The position numbers and the translations under genes are program-made. The notes under the pieces are model-generated. The model saw nothing but the letters and a program-made list of their open reading frames with translations, was not told where the DNA came from and made no database searches. From positions 660,001-692,000 of the forward strand of contig NC_007494.2 in NCBI RefSeq assembly GCF_000012905.2: a stretch of 32,000 bases of DNA. The letters are read 5' to 3'. This document shows positions 8,563 to 15,563 of this stretch, piece by piece; position 1 is the stretch's first letter; each line of letters opens with the position of its first letter. Source of the DNA: Cereibacter sphaeroides 2.4.1 (lineage in GTDB: Bacteria; Pseudomonadota; Alphaproteobacteria; Rhodobacterales; Rhodobacteraceae).

Positions 8563-8570
8563 GGCCGCGC

Positions 8571-10142
8571 TCAGACGGGAGATTGCTGCAAGAGGTGCGT
8601 AGCAAGCGCGGCAATTTCCTGTCCCAGGGGCCGGTCCGTCTCAAGCGGCGGGAACTGCTCGCGCAGGGCCTGCACCAGCTTCTTCCCCGCGGGAGACACC
8701 CCGTCTAGGCCGCTGCCGCAGCGCAGCTCCGCAGCTTGTGCAAGACAGAGAGCGAGGATCGCAAGGATCTCCGCCCAACGGTCGATCTTCTCGCGGCAGA
8801 GGCGCGCGGCGATGGTCCCAAGCGAGACCACATCCTGATTGGCGGCGTTCGTGGAGATCGAATGGATCGAGGCAGGTCCCGTGGCTCGCATCTCGGCCAG
8901 GAGCGCGGTCGCCGTCACCTGTGCGCCCATGAAGCCGGAATTCAACCCGGCGGGGCCCCGGTGGAGGAAGGGGGGCAGCCCACGGTTCAGCCTTTCATCT
9001 GTCAGACGTGCAATCTGGCGCTCCGCAAGGCCCGCCAGAACGGTGACGGCCGTGGCGAGCGCATCGGACGTCAGCGCCACATGCTGGCCCATGAAATTGC
9101 CCCCGTGCAGGGCGGGCACGCTGCCATCGGGCGGAAACACCGGATTGTCGGTCACCGCGTTCAGCTCGATCGTCAGCACCCGGTCATGCCATGCGAGCGT
9201 GTCGAAGCCCGCCCCGAGAACCTGCGGAGCGCAGCGCAGGCTGTAGGCATCCTGCCCCGCCTCCGGCTCCGTCCCGATATCGCCGGCGTCGAGCCTCCGC
9301 TCGGCAATGACGTGCCGGACCACCCGCGCGCTGCCGTCCACGCGGGCGCGCAGCCTCGCTGCGGCGTCCTTCTGTCCGGGATGCGGCCGCAGGTCGGACA
9401 GTGCCGCGGCCCATGCCTCGGTCCGGCCTCTCAGACATTCCGCAAGCAGGGCCGTCAACGCCACCGCCCAGTTGCCGAGATGGCGGCAGGCGTGAGCATT
9501 CACCAGCGCGATCCCGGTCATGGCGGAGGTCCCGTTGACCAGCGCCAGTGCATCGCGATGGGAGAGATCGAGCGGTTGCAGCCGTCCGCGCCGGAGCCCT
9601 TCTGCGCCGTCAAGCCGCGTCCCGTCCCGGTCCAGGAAGTCTCCCCGGCCCTGGAGGCAGAGCACCATATGCGCAAGCGGTGTCAGGTCACCCGACGCGC
9701 CCACCGTGCCGCGGCTGGGAACGGCCGGAGCGAGCTCGGAATTGAGCAGGTCGATCAGGCGAGCGATGGTCCCCTCGCTGGCACCGGAGGCTCCCTGAGC
9801 GATCGACACCAGACGCGCCAGAACCATGGCGCGCGCCGTCGTCCAGTCAAGCACCGGTCCCACGCCGCTGGCCAGATGATGGACAAGATTGGCCTGCAGC
9901 GTTCGGACATTCTCACCTGAGATCAGGCGGTTCGCAAGGGGACCGAAGCCGGTTGTCAGTCCGTAGACATGGCGCGCCTCGCGGATGACAGCGCCGAGCC
10001 GCGCTTCGGACGCACGGCACCGGTCGCGCGCCGGAGGGGCAAGGACAATCCGCGCGCCGCCGCTCGCCACGGCATGGGCCTGGTCCAGATCGATGTGGCG
10101 ATCCAGCTCGACGGCCGGCTTCGGGGGGCTCATGGCGAGCAT
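8571..10142 (-). CDS. tal: Tyrosine ammonia-lyase (MIO-dependent HAL/PAL family), produces p-coumarate
   Basis: 523 aa from the ATG at 10142 (SD AGGGAG 8 nt upstream). MIO triad GASGDLTPLAH with Ala149-Ser150-Gly151 at 9690-9698. His89-Leu90 (9873-9878) is the Tyr-selectivity pair described for RsTAL. The ORF-track start at 10151 is a GTG three codons upstream. Confidence 0.92.
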   Translation of the reverse strand: MLAMSPPKPAVELDRHIDLDQAHAVASGGARIVLAPPARDRCRASEARLGAVIREARHVYGLTTGFGPLANRLISGENVRTLQANLVHHLASGVGPVLDWTTARAMVLARLVSIAQGASGASEGTIARLIDLLNSELAPAVPSRGTVGASGDLTPLAHMVLCLQGRGDFLDRDGTRLDGAEGLRRGRLQPLDLSHRDALALVNGTSAMTGIALVNAHACRHLGNWAVALTALLAECLRGRTEAWAAALSDLRPHPGQKDAAARLRARVDGSARVVRHVIAERRLDAGDIGTEPEAGQDAYSLRCAPQVLGAGFDTLAWHDRVLTIELNAVTDNPVFPPDGSVPALHGGNFMGQHVALTSDALATAVTVLAGLAERQIARLTDERLNRGLPPFLHRGPAGLNSGFMGAQVTATALLAEMRATGPASIHSISTNAANQDVVSLGTIAARLCREKIDRWAEILAILALCLAQAAELRCGSGLDGVSPAGKKLVQALREQFPPLETDRPLGQEIAALATHLLQQSPV

Positions 10143-10205
10143 TGGCTTCACTCCCTGTCTTCTCGCCGAAGGTAGTGGAAGCTGGTTAATGCAGAGTTTC
10201 TTGCT

Positions 10206-10538
10206 TCAGATCGTCCGCCCCAGCGGGCCCAGATCGAGCGAGAGATCCGCGGGCGTCAGGCCGAAACGGGCCGCCATCTCGTGGATGGCCGCCTCGGCCC
10301 GCATCAGTGTCGTGCCAAGCTGCTCTTGCTGACTCTCGCTCAGCGAGCCCGCCTCCATCCTGCGGATCGCCTGCAACTCCATGATCTGCCTCAGCATCTC
10401 CATCAGCCCCAGCAGAATACGGGCCAGATCATGCTCGAGCCGGTCCGGGTCGAGCGCGATGCGGGGCGCCGTGACCGGGGCCTCCGTCGGAGGCAAGCGG
10501 TCGTCGCGCAGCAGGAGCGGAGGAAAAGGATATGTCAT
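10206..10538 (-). CDS. gvpK: Gas vesicle protein GvpK
   Basis: 110 aa; LARILLGLMEMLRQIMELQAIRRMEAGSLSESQQEQLGTTLMRAE...LDLGPLG matches the GvpK family core. The ATG at 10538 overlaps the upstream stop (ATGA). Confidence 0.9.
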   Translation of the reverse strand: MTYPFPPLLLRDDRLPPTEAPVTAPRIALDPDRLEHDLARILLGLMEMLRQIMELQAIRRMEAGSLSESQQEQLGTTLMRAEAAIHEMAARFGLTPADLSLDLGPLGRTI

Positions 10539-11140
10539 GCTGTCTCCCAACTGATGAAGGCGTAAGGCGGCCAAGGGCCTGTCACGGTGCAGGCGGACCA
10601 GAGGGCATCGCCCACCCGCAGGCGTTCGCGAAGCTCGTGAAGCACAGGATGCGTCTCTGCCGCCGGAACCAAAAGATTGACCTGAACTTCGTCCTGAAGC
10701 CGCCCCGGGATGCAGCGAACCTCTCCGAGCAGCGACATGATCTGCATGAGCACCGTGCGCAGCCGCGCCTGATGCGCGGAGGCATCCCGGCGGGCGCGCA
10801 GCCAGCCCGCCCCAGACGCGGCTGCATCGGGCAAAAGGGGGGCAATCAGCCGCGCCGACACCGTCAGTTGCCGCTGCCGGCTGAAACGATCGATCTCTTC
10901 GGCGAGCGCATTCGTCCGCCTTCCACACCAGGCGATCGCCTCATCGACGGCAATTGTGGCCGCGGGTGGAAACGGCAGGAAGGTCTCGCAGTCCCGCATC
11001 GCAGCCAGATGCAGCCGAACGCGGCTGCGCGCATCGCCCGCCATGTCGTGCGGAGCGCAGACGAGGTGAAGCCCCGCGCAGGAAAGCGCGCAGCAGGTCG
11101 CCGGAACAGGTCCTGCGCGAGCGAGGCCGATGGGTATCAT
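10535..11140 (-). CDS. GvpF/GvpL-family gas vesicle protein (paralogue 4, short)
   Basis: The C-terminal TGPWPPYAF motif is diagnostic of GvpF/L. The ATG at 11140 overlaps the upstream stop (ATGA). The ORF-track start at 11161 is less likely. Confidence 0.78.
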   Translation of the reverse strand: MIPIGLARAGPVPATCCALSCAGLHLVCAPHDMAGDARSRVRLHLAAMRDCETFLPFPPAATIAVDEAIAWCGRRTNALAEEIDRFSRQRQLTVSARLIAPLLPDAAASGAGWLRARRDASAHQARLRTVLMQIMSLLGEVRCIPGRLQDEVQVNLLVPAAETHPVLHELRERLRVGDALWSACTVTGPWPPYAFISWETA

Positions 11141-11361
11141 GCTGCGTCCGGCACTCTGCATTGCAGCCTATCCGGGTTCGCCAGCAGCAGGTCGAGCCCG
11201 AGGAAGACGAGATCCACATCCGCAATCGTAAGCCAAAGCTCCCCCCGGATCGCGATGCCTTGTGACAGAAGGGCATCCACCACATCGACGAGGCGCGTTT
11301 CGCTGCTTTGCAGCGCTTCCTCCGCCGTCGCGAACTGGAGGGTCGGGGCTGAGTCAGTCAT
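11137..11361 (-). CDS. Small GvpA/J/M/S-family gas vesicle protein
   Basis: 74 aa; RLVDVVDALLSQGIAIRGELWLTIADVDLVFLGLDLLL resembles the hydrophobic GvpA-family core (GvpS/GvpM-like). Its start overlaps the upstream gene by 8 nt. Confidence 0.72.
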   Translation of the reverse strand: MTDSAPTLQFATAEEALQSSETRLVDVVDALLSQGIAIRGELWLTIADVDLVFLGLDLLLANPDRLQCRVPDAA

Positions 11362-12052
11362 GACCGCGGGTCTCCGGCAGGAAGGAAAAGGGAGCGCAGG
11401 GGCCGATCAATCGGACGGAAAGGGCGAGGCGAGATCCGGCACGGGAAGAGGCCTCTGCGGCCTCCAGCAGGCCTGGCACCCGATCCCGCGCGACAAGAAG
11501 GGAGAGATCAAGCAGCGGCCCGTCGGGCTTCAATGGACGCGCCGACGCCGAGCAGGACAGCGAGGCCAGCTCTTCGGCCGTGGCTCTCGCAAAGCCGGTT
11601 CGCTCGCGCGCCAGATGACGTCTCTGCTCGTGACGAGCGGAGCGGGCCTTGAGGAAGGCGGATCCCGAGGCCGGAGCTGGCGCGGCCCCGTCCGCGACCT
11701 GTTCCGCGATCAATTGCGCGACATACTCCGCCCGGCCCGCCAACCGTTCCATTCCGGCATCAAGGGTTGCACGTTCGGCGTCCAGATGGCGCTTCACGGC
11801 GGCAATACCAGTAAAGGCCGCCCCGAGAGCGACCGGGAGGACATCCTCGGTCGCGGCATAGGCGGACAGGATGGCGTTCTGCGCAAGAGCGGCCTGCACG
11901 GCCCAGTCAGGCGAAGCGGGATCCGGGGGCAGACGATCAAGCGACAGGAGAATCGCCGCGTAGCCGTCACCGTCCAGACGCAGGTGCGGAGAGGTGATCG
12001 CGGGGCTGATCCCAAGGCCGGAGACCACTCCCAGAAGAAGGAGGCCGCTCAT
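11354..12052 (-). CDS. GvpF/GvpL-family gas vesicle protein (paralogue 3)
   Basis: MSGLLLLGVV... N-terminus, an HNAIL-like segment (AQNAILSAYAATEDVLPVALGAAF) and C-terminal IGPCAPFSF. The ATG at 12052 overlaps the upstream stop (ATGA). Confidence 0.8.
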   Translation of the reverse strand: MSGLLLLGVVSGLGISPAITSPHLRLDGDGYAAILLSLDRLPPDPASPDWAVQAALAQNAILSAYAATEDVLPVALGAAFTGIAAVKRHLDAERATLDAGMERLAGRAEYVAQLIAEQVADGAAPAPASGSAFLKARSARHEQRRHLARERTGFARATAEELASLSCSASARPLKPDGPLLDLSLLVARDRVPGLLEAAEASSRAGSRLALSVRLIGPCAPFSFLPETRGHD

Positions 12053-12927
12053 GCGGCGTCCTCCAGATCGGAGGGCACGGCCTGACCTTCTGACCAGATA
12101 CGCACCAGATGCAGGTCTCCACCCGATGCGGCGCATCGTGTGAGCAGATCCAGCACGGCGGCCGCGGCAAGAATTTCTGCCCGCTCGGCCTCTGACGCGC
12201 GCAGCAGAAGGTCGCGCCGGAGCGCCCGGAGGCGGATCGGATCAACTGGCCCTTCCAGATCGAACCGGTGACGGGCGCGGCGGATCGCTGCCGAAGATAC
12301 TCTGCGGAAGTTGAGACTGGCGAAGGAAACGGGCGGCGACGGGCCGATCCGGCGGATCCTGAGCCCCTCTGTCCAGAGCGCATCAATCTGCTCGAGAGAT
12401 CGGTCAAGATCGTCGGTGCGGGTCTGCAGCAGAAGAAGTGCCTGGTTGGCAAGCATATCTTCCCGCAGCGGGAGATTGACGTGCCGCTCCGCCACCCGCG
12501 CCAGGGCGTCCGCAATCCGGTGAGTGAACCTGAGCCGAAGGTCTTCGGCCGTCTCGTCGGGGTCCGTGCGTTTCGGAACCAGCGCCGCGTGCCATTGGAC
12601 GAGAACCTGAAACTGCACCCGTCCGGCGAGACGCCGCAGCTCCTGTCTGAGCCGCGGGCTGTTTGCCGCAAGCGCGGCGGCGGCTTCGGCTGGTGTCAGG
12701 CAATTGCCGGTGAGGACGGGCAGAACCGTGCCGAAGGCCATCAGTCGCTCGAGCACCGCCTGCCTGCAGGCAGCATGTTCCAGAAGCGCGCGGCGACCGC
12801 TCAGCAGCCCGGGTGGCATACCGAGGATGGCGGTCAAGCCCGCCTCGCAAATGGCCTCGGTGCCTTCGGGCAGGACGGAAGGCGGATGGCCCTCTAGCAC
12901 GGCGACGACTTCCCGGAGCCTCATCAC
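12049..12927 (-). CDS. GvpF/GvpL-family gas vesicle protein (paralogue 2) with ~87-aa C-terminal extension
   Basis: GvpF/L core with LEHAACRQAVLERLMAFGTVLPVLTG and IGPSPPVSFA, followed by an extra Arg/Leu-rich domain. The start is GTG 12927 or ATG 12924; both overlap the upstream stop. Confidence 0.8.
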   Translation of the reverse strand: MMRLREVVAVLEGHPPSVLPEGTEAICEAGLTAILGMPPGLLSGRRALLEHAACRQAVLERLMAFGTVLPVLTGNCLTPAEAAAALAANSPRLRQELRRLAGRVQFQVLVQWHAALVPKRTDPDETAEDLRLRFTHRIADALARVAERHVNLPLREDMLANQALLLLQTRTDDLDRSLEQIDALWTEGLRIRRIGPSPPVSFASLNFRRVSSAAIRRARHRFDLEGPVDPIRLRALRRDLLLRASEAERAEILAAAAVLDLLTRCAASGGDLHLVRIWSEGQAVPSDLEDAA

Positions 12928-13181
12928 GCGCCCCTTTCAAGCGAAAAGATCATGCATTCTCGAGTGGCCGCGAAGCACTGCAATGCCTGCAGAACGTTCA
13001 GACCATCCGCGATGGCAGCTTCTCCTTCCAGCAACAGGTCCTCGACGGGGGTGCGGAACGATGTGTCTCGTGTGGCACCGCCACGAGGAATCGCGAGCCT
13101 TGCTGGGATTTGCTGGCCTGAGGGCGCGCAGCCGCGCGAACCAGCCTTCGGCCCTTTCACTTTCACCGCCGGAAATCTCAT
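12924..13181 (-). CDS. Hypothetical 85-aa protein inside the gvp operon (no family recognised)
   Basis: The ATG at 13181 overlaps the gvpG stop (ATGA) and its TGA overlaps the next gene's start. It has a basic N-terminal half and a helical acidic C-terminal half. GC3 is only ~64%, so coding status is uncertain. Confidence 0.4.
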   Translation of the reverse strand: MRFPAVKVKGPKAGSRGCAPSGQQIPARLAIPRGGATRDTSFRTPVEDLLLEGEAAIADGLNVLQALQCFAATRECMIFSLERGA

Positions 13182-13411
13182 CTCGCCGTTCCTTTGAGCC
13201 GCTCGAGAAGATCGAGTTCAATGGCGTCGTAGGTCTCCTCGGAAAGCTCGCCCGCGAGCAGTTGCCGCTCGGCTTCCACCAGAGCCGCCCGCAGCGCAGC
13301 GGGATCGTTCCAACTCTGTTCGGCAGCCTCGCCGATGCGGGCGGCAATCCACAGGGTTCCGTCGAACGGACCCCGAAACGGCAGCGTCAGGAGAGAGGTG
13401 AGCAGGCCCAT
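13178..13411 (-). CDS. gvpG: Gas vesicle protein GvpG
   Basis: 77 aa, MGLLTSLLTLPFRGPFDGTLWIAARIGEAAEQ...LLAGELSEETYDAIELDLLERL matches the GvpG family pattern. Its start shares one nt with the gvpF stop (TGATG). Confidence 0.85.
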   Translation of the reverse strand: MGLLTSLLTLPFRGPFDGTLWIAARIGEAAEQSWNDPAALRAALVEAERQLLAGELSEETYDAIELDLLERLKGTAR

Positions 13412-14175
13412 CAGGCAACCTCTTCGCGGCGGGGAGAGAGAACCAGATCGACAAAATTGAACAGGGGCACCGGTCCTATCACTCGAACGGACGGTTCGGC
13501 TGTCGGGGCGAAGCTGCAATCTGCCGCGGCTTTCACAAGCGCGGCAGCCAGGCGATCCTGGGCTCCGTCCTCGACCAACACATCGACGGCAATGACCTGA
13601 ACGTCGGAGTCCGGCACCCGCAGACGATGATCGACCCAAAGCGGACGGAGGCTCTGGAAGAGGAGACGTTGCGTCTCTCCCCGCCGGGCATCCAGCCGCT
13701 CTGCCAGTCGGCGCCCGAACTCGGCCTGTGCCATGGGATCGGGCCTGCGCAGGGCCAGAAGCCGCGCCCGCTCCGCCGCAAGGTCGGGCGCGGTGGCGAG
13801 GGTAGCGGCGAGCGCCGGTTCTCGGGGAAACGACAGGCGCAGACCGAGTTCCACCCGGCCGCGCACGCGGTCGAAGGCGGCGCAGAGTTCGGTCAGGCGC
13901 GACGCCAGCATGGCCGCGACCTCGGCGAGGGTCGATGCCATCATCCCGAACCGCATCGGAAGCAAGTTGCCGAACCAGGCCGCCGCCTCGAGCACCCGGG
14001 TATGCGCCAGGAGCAGGCGGCGCCGCGGCAGAATGTCGGCCTCTGTGGCGGAACTGTAGATCAGGATGCCTCCTGGAAGCCTCGCGAGTGCGATGGGCCC
14101 CGTGACCCCCGCCATGCCGGCAAGCACCTCGTGGCCGGAGGCGGGTTCCTCGAGCAGGCCGTAGAGATAGATCAT
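13411..14175 (-). CDS. gvpF: Gas vesicle protein GvpF
   Basis: 254 aa; MIYLYGLL... N-terminus, HTRVLEAAAWFGNLLPMRFG and C-terminal VIGPVPLFNF are typical of GvpF. Confidence 0.9.
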   Translation of the reverse strand: MIYLYGLLEEPASGHEVLAGMAGVTGPIALARLPGGILIYSSATEADILPRRRLLLAHTRVLEAAAWFGNLLPMRFGMMASTLAEVAAMLASRLTELCAAFDRVRGRVELGLRLSFPREPALAATLATAPDLAAERARLLALRRPDPMAQAEFGRRLAERLDARRGETQRLLFQSLRPLWVDHRLRVPDSDVQVIAVDVLVEDGAQDRLAAALVKAAADCSFAPTAEPSVRVIGPVPLFNFVDLVLSPRREEVA

Positions 14176-14705
14176 GGCGCCTCCGGAAGCGGGGCGGTCA
14201 GGTCAAGGATGCCGCTCTTGAGCGAGATCCGGATGTCGGCGAGCCCGACGCCGGGCGGGAGGGGGAACCGCCCCTCGTAACGCCGGCCGCTCCCTTCGGC
14301 CGAAATCAGGAGATCGCCTGCGTCGAGCTCCAGAGTGAGGTCCTCCTCGGCAACACCAGGTAAATCCGCCTGAAGCTGCCACGTCCGGCCCACCGTCGCG
14401 ATGTCCGCCAGAATGGGCCGCGCGGGCGCAGGTGGTCTCTCGGCGGTCTCCTCAGGCACCGGGCCCGGTTCGGGTTCCGCGTTGCCGAAGTCGGAGGCGT
14501 ACCGCACGCGGATGCGCGTCTCGGTGCGGATCGGGCCCATCCCGACGTCGATCGTGTGGTCCCGCCGGATCTCCCTGCTCTGGCCCGACTCGAGGCGACC
14601 TGTCATGTCGGAAAGGGCGCTGCCGAGCGCGCTGAGGAGGCGGCCGAACCTCAGCTCGATGTCAGCGGTCGTCCTGCCGGGGCCCGGCTTCTTCTCGTCG
14701 CTCAT
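14172..14705 (-). CDS. gvpH: Hsp20/alpha-crystallin-domain gas vesicle protein (GvpH-like)
   Basis: The C-terminal ACD-like segment is WQLQADLPGVAEEDLTLELDAGDLLISAEG...FPLPPGV...ISLKSGILDLTAP. It sits between gvpJ and gvpF and overlaps the gvpF start (ATGA). Confidence 0.75.
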   Translation of the reverse strand: MSDEKKPGPGRTTADIELRFGRLLSALGSALSDMTGRLESGQSREIRRDHTIDVGMGPIRTETRIRVRYASDFGNAEPEPGPVPEETAERPPAPARPILADIATVGRTWQLQADLPGVAEEDLTLELDAGDLLISAEGSGRRYEGRFPLPPGVGLADIRISLKSGILDLTAPLPEAP

Positions 14706-14706
14706 C

Positions 14707-15021
14707 TCATCCCTCGCGTGCTGCGGCCAGTTGCCCGATCTGGGTCTCGATCCGCTCGAGCCGGTCCAGCAGGGCGGCCGAACCGTCGGAGGCAGGCGCC
14801 TGCGTGATGCAGAGGCGAGGATCGCTCTCCCACCAGTTGATCCCCATCTCCCGCGCCTTGTCGACGGTGGCGACCAGAAGGCGCAGGCGGATCGTCAGGA
14901 GCTCGATCCCCACCAGCGAGATCGAAATGTCGCCGGCAATCACGATCCCCTTGTCGAGGATCCGCTCGAGGACGTCGGCCAGACTGTCCTGCTGGAGCGG
15001 GCTCTGCATCTGAAAGCTCAT
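14707..15021 (-). CDS. gvpJ: Gas vesicle protein GvpJ (GvpA family)
   Basis: 104 aa; SLADVLERILDKGIVIAGDISISLVGIELLTIRLRLLVATVDKAREMGINWWE is the GvpJ-type core. Confidence 0.9.
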   Translation of the reverse strand: MSFQMQSPLQQDSLADVLERILDKGIVIAGDISISLVGIELLTIRLRLLVATVDKAREMGINWWESDPRLCITQAPASDGSAALLDRLERIETQIGQLAAAREG

Positions 15022-15329
15022 GACGGCGCGCCCTCCTCGCGGTGGTAGCGCCCGAGGCGCTGGAAGCCGCCGACGCGGCCCTGCGGCGTCACCCGGATCT
15101 CGTAGGCACAGAGCAGGTCGTTGCGCCCGATCTTGGCCGCGCTTTCGATCACGTCGATCACGACGCGCCAGTCGCCGCCCTCGGTCTGCGCGCAGTTCGC
15201 CACCGCGTCGATGCGGCCGCCGTTCATGGTGGTGAAGGCCCGCCGCGCCACGGCGATGACTTCGAGCATCGTCAGGGCGGCCTGACCGGGCTCGGCGCTG
15301 AAGGCGAGGGTCTTGGGCTGATCCATCAT
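15018..15329 (-). CDS. gvpO: Gas vesicle protein GvpO
   Basis: 103 aa; ...GGDWRVVIDVIESAAKIGRNDLLCAYEIRVTPQGRVGGFQRLGRYHR matches the GvpO family pattern. SD GGGGGAAGGA. Confidence 0.8.
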   Translation of the reverse strand: MMDQPKTLAFSAEPGQAALTMLEVIAVARRAFTTMNGGRIDAVANCAQTEGGDWRVVIDVIESAAKIGRNDLLCAYEIRVTPQGRVGGFQRLGRYHREEGAPS

Positions 15330-15342
15330 CCGTCCTTCCCCC

Positions 15343-15486
15343 TCAGCGGCCCAGCAGGGCGAGCAGGATCTCGCGCTCGCGCTTACGCCGCTCCAGATCC
15401 TGCGCGCAGCGGGCCATCCGGCTCCGGGCAGCCTCCAGCGCCTTCTCGAGCCGGCTGACGTCGAACTCGAGCCGCACCAGATGCAT
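15343..15486 (-). CDS. Coiled-coil micro-protein (47 aa; alternatively 74 aa from the ATG at 15567) between gvpN and gvpO
   Basis: MHLVRLEFDVSRLEKALEAARSRMARCAQDLERRKREREILLALLGR is preceded by a strong SD GAAGGAGG 5 nt upstream. The longer form would start at an ATGA overlap with the gvpN stop, but its extra 27 aa are low-complexity R/P/A. Confidence 0.45.
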   Translation of the reverse strand: MHLVRLEFDVSRLEKALEAARSRMARCAQDLERRKREREILLALLGR

Positions 15487-15563
15487 CGCCGCCTCCTTCG
15501 GTGTCCGGGCGAGGGCCGGGGACGTCCTGCATGGCCGCCGGGCCGAGGTCGCTTTCGGGCTCT

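Noticed and set aside
12952-13197. Plus-strand 81-aa ORF in the gvpG / GvpF-L gap.
   Set aside because: The translation is Ser/Arg/Pro-rich and low-complexity. It has no SD and lies antisense to the operon. The minus-strand frame that bridges both neighbours is the better, though still uncertain, candidate.
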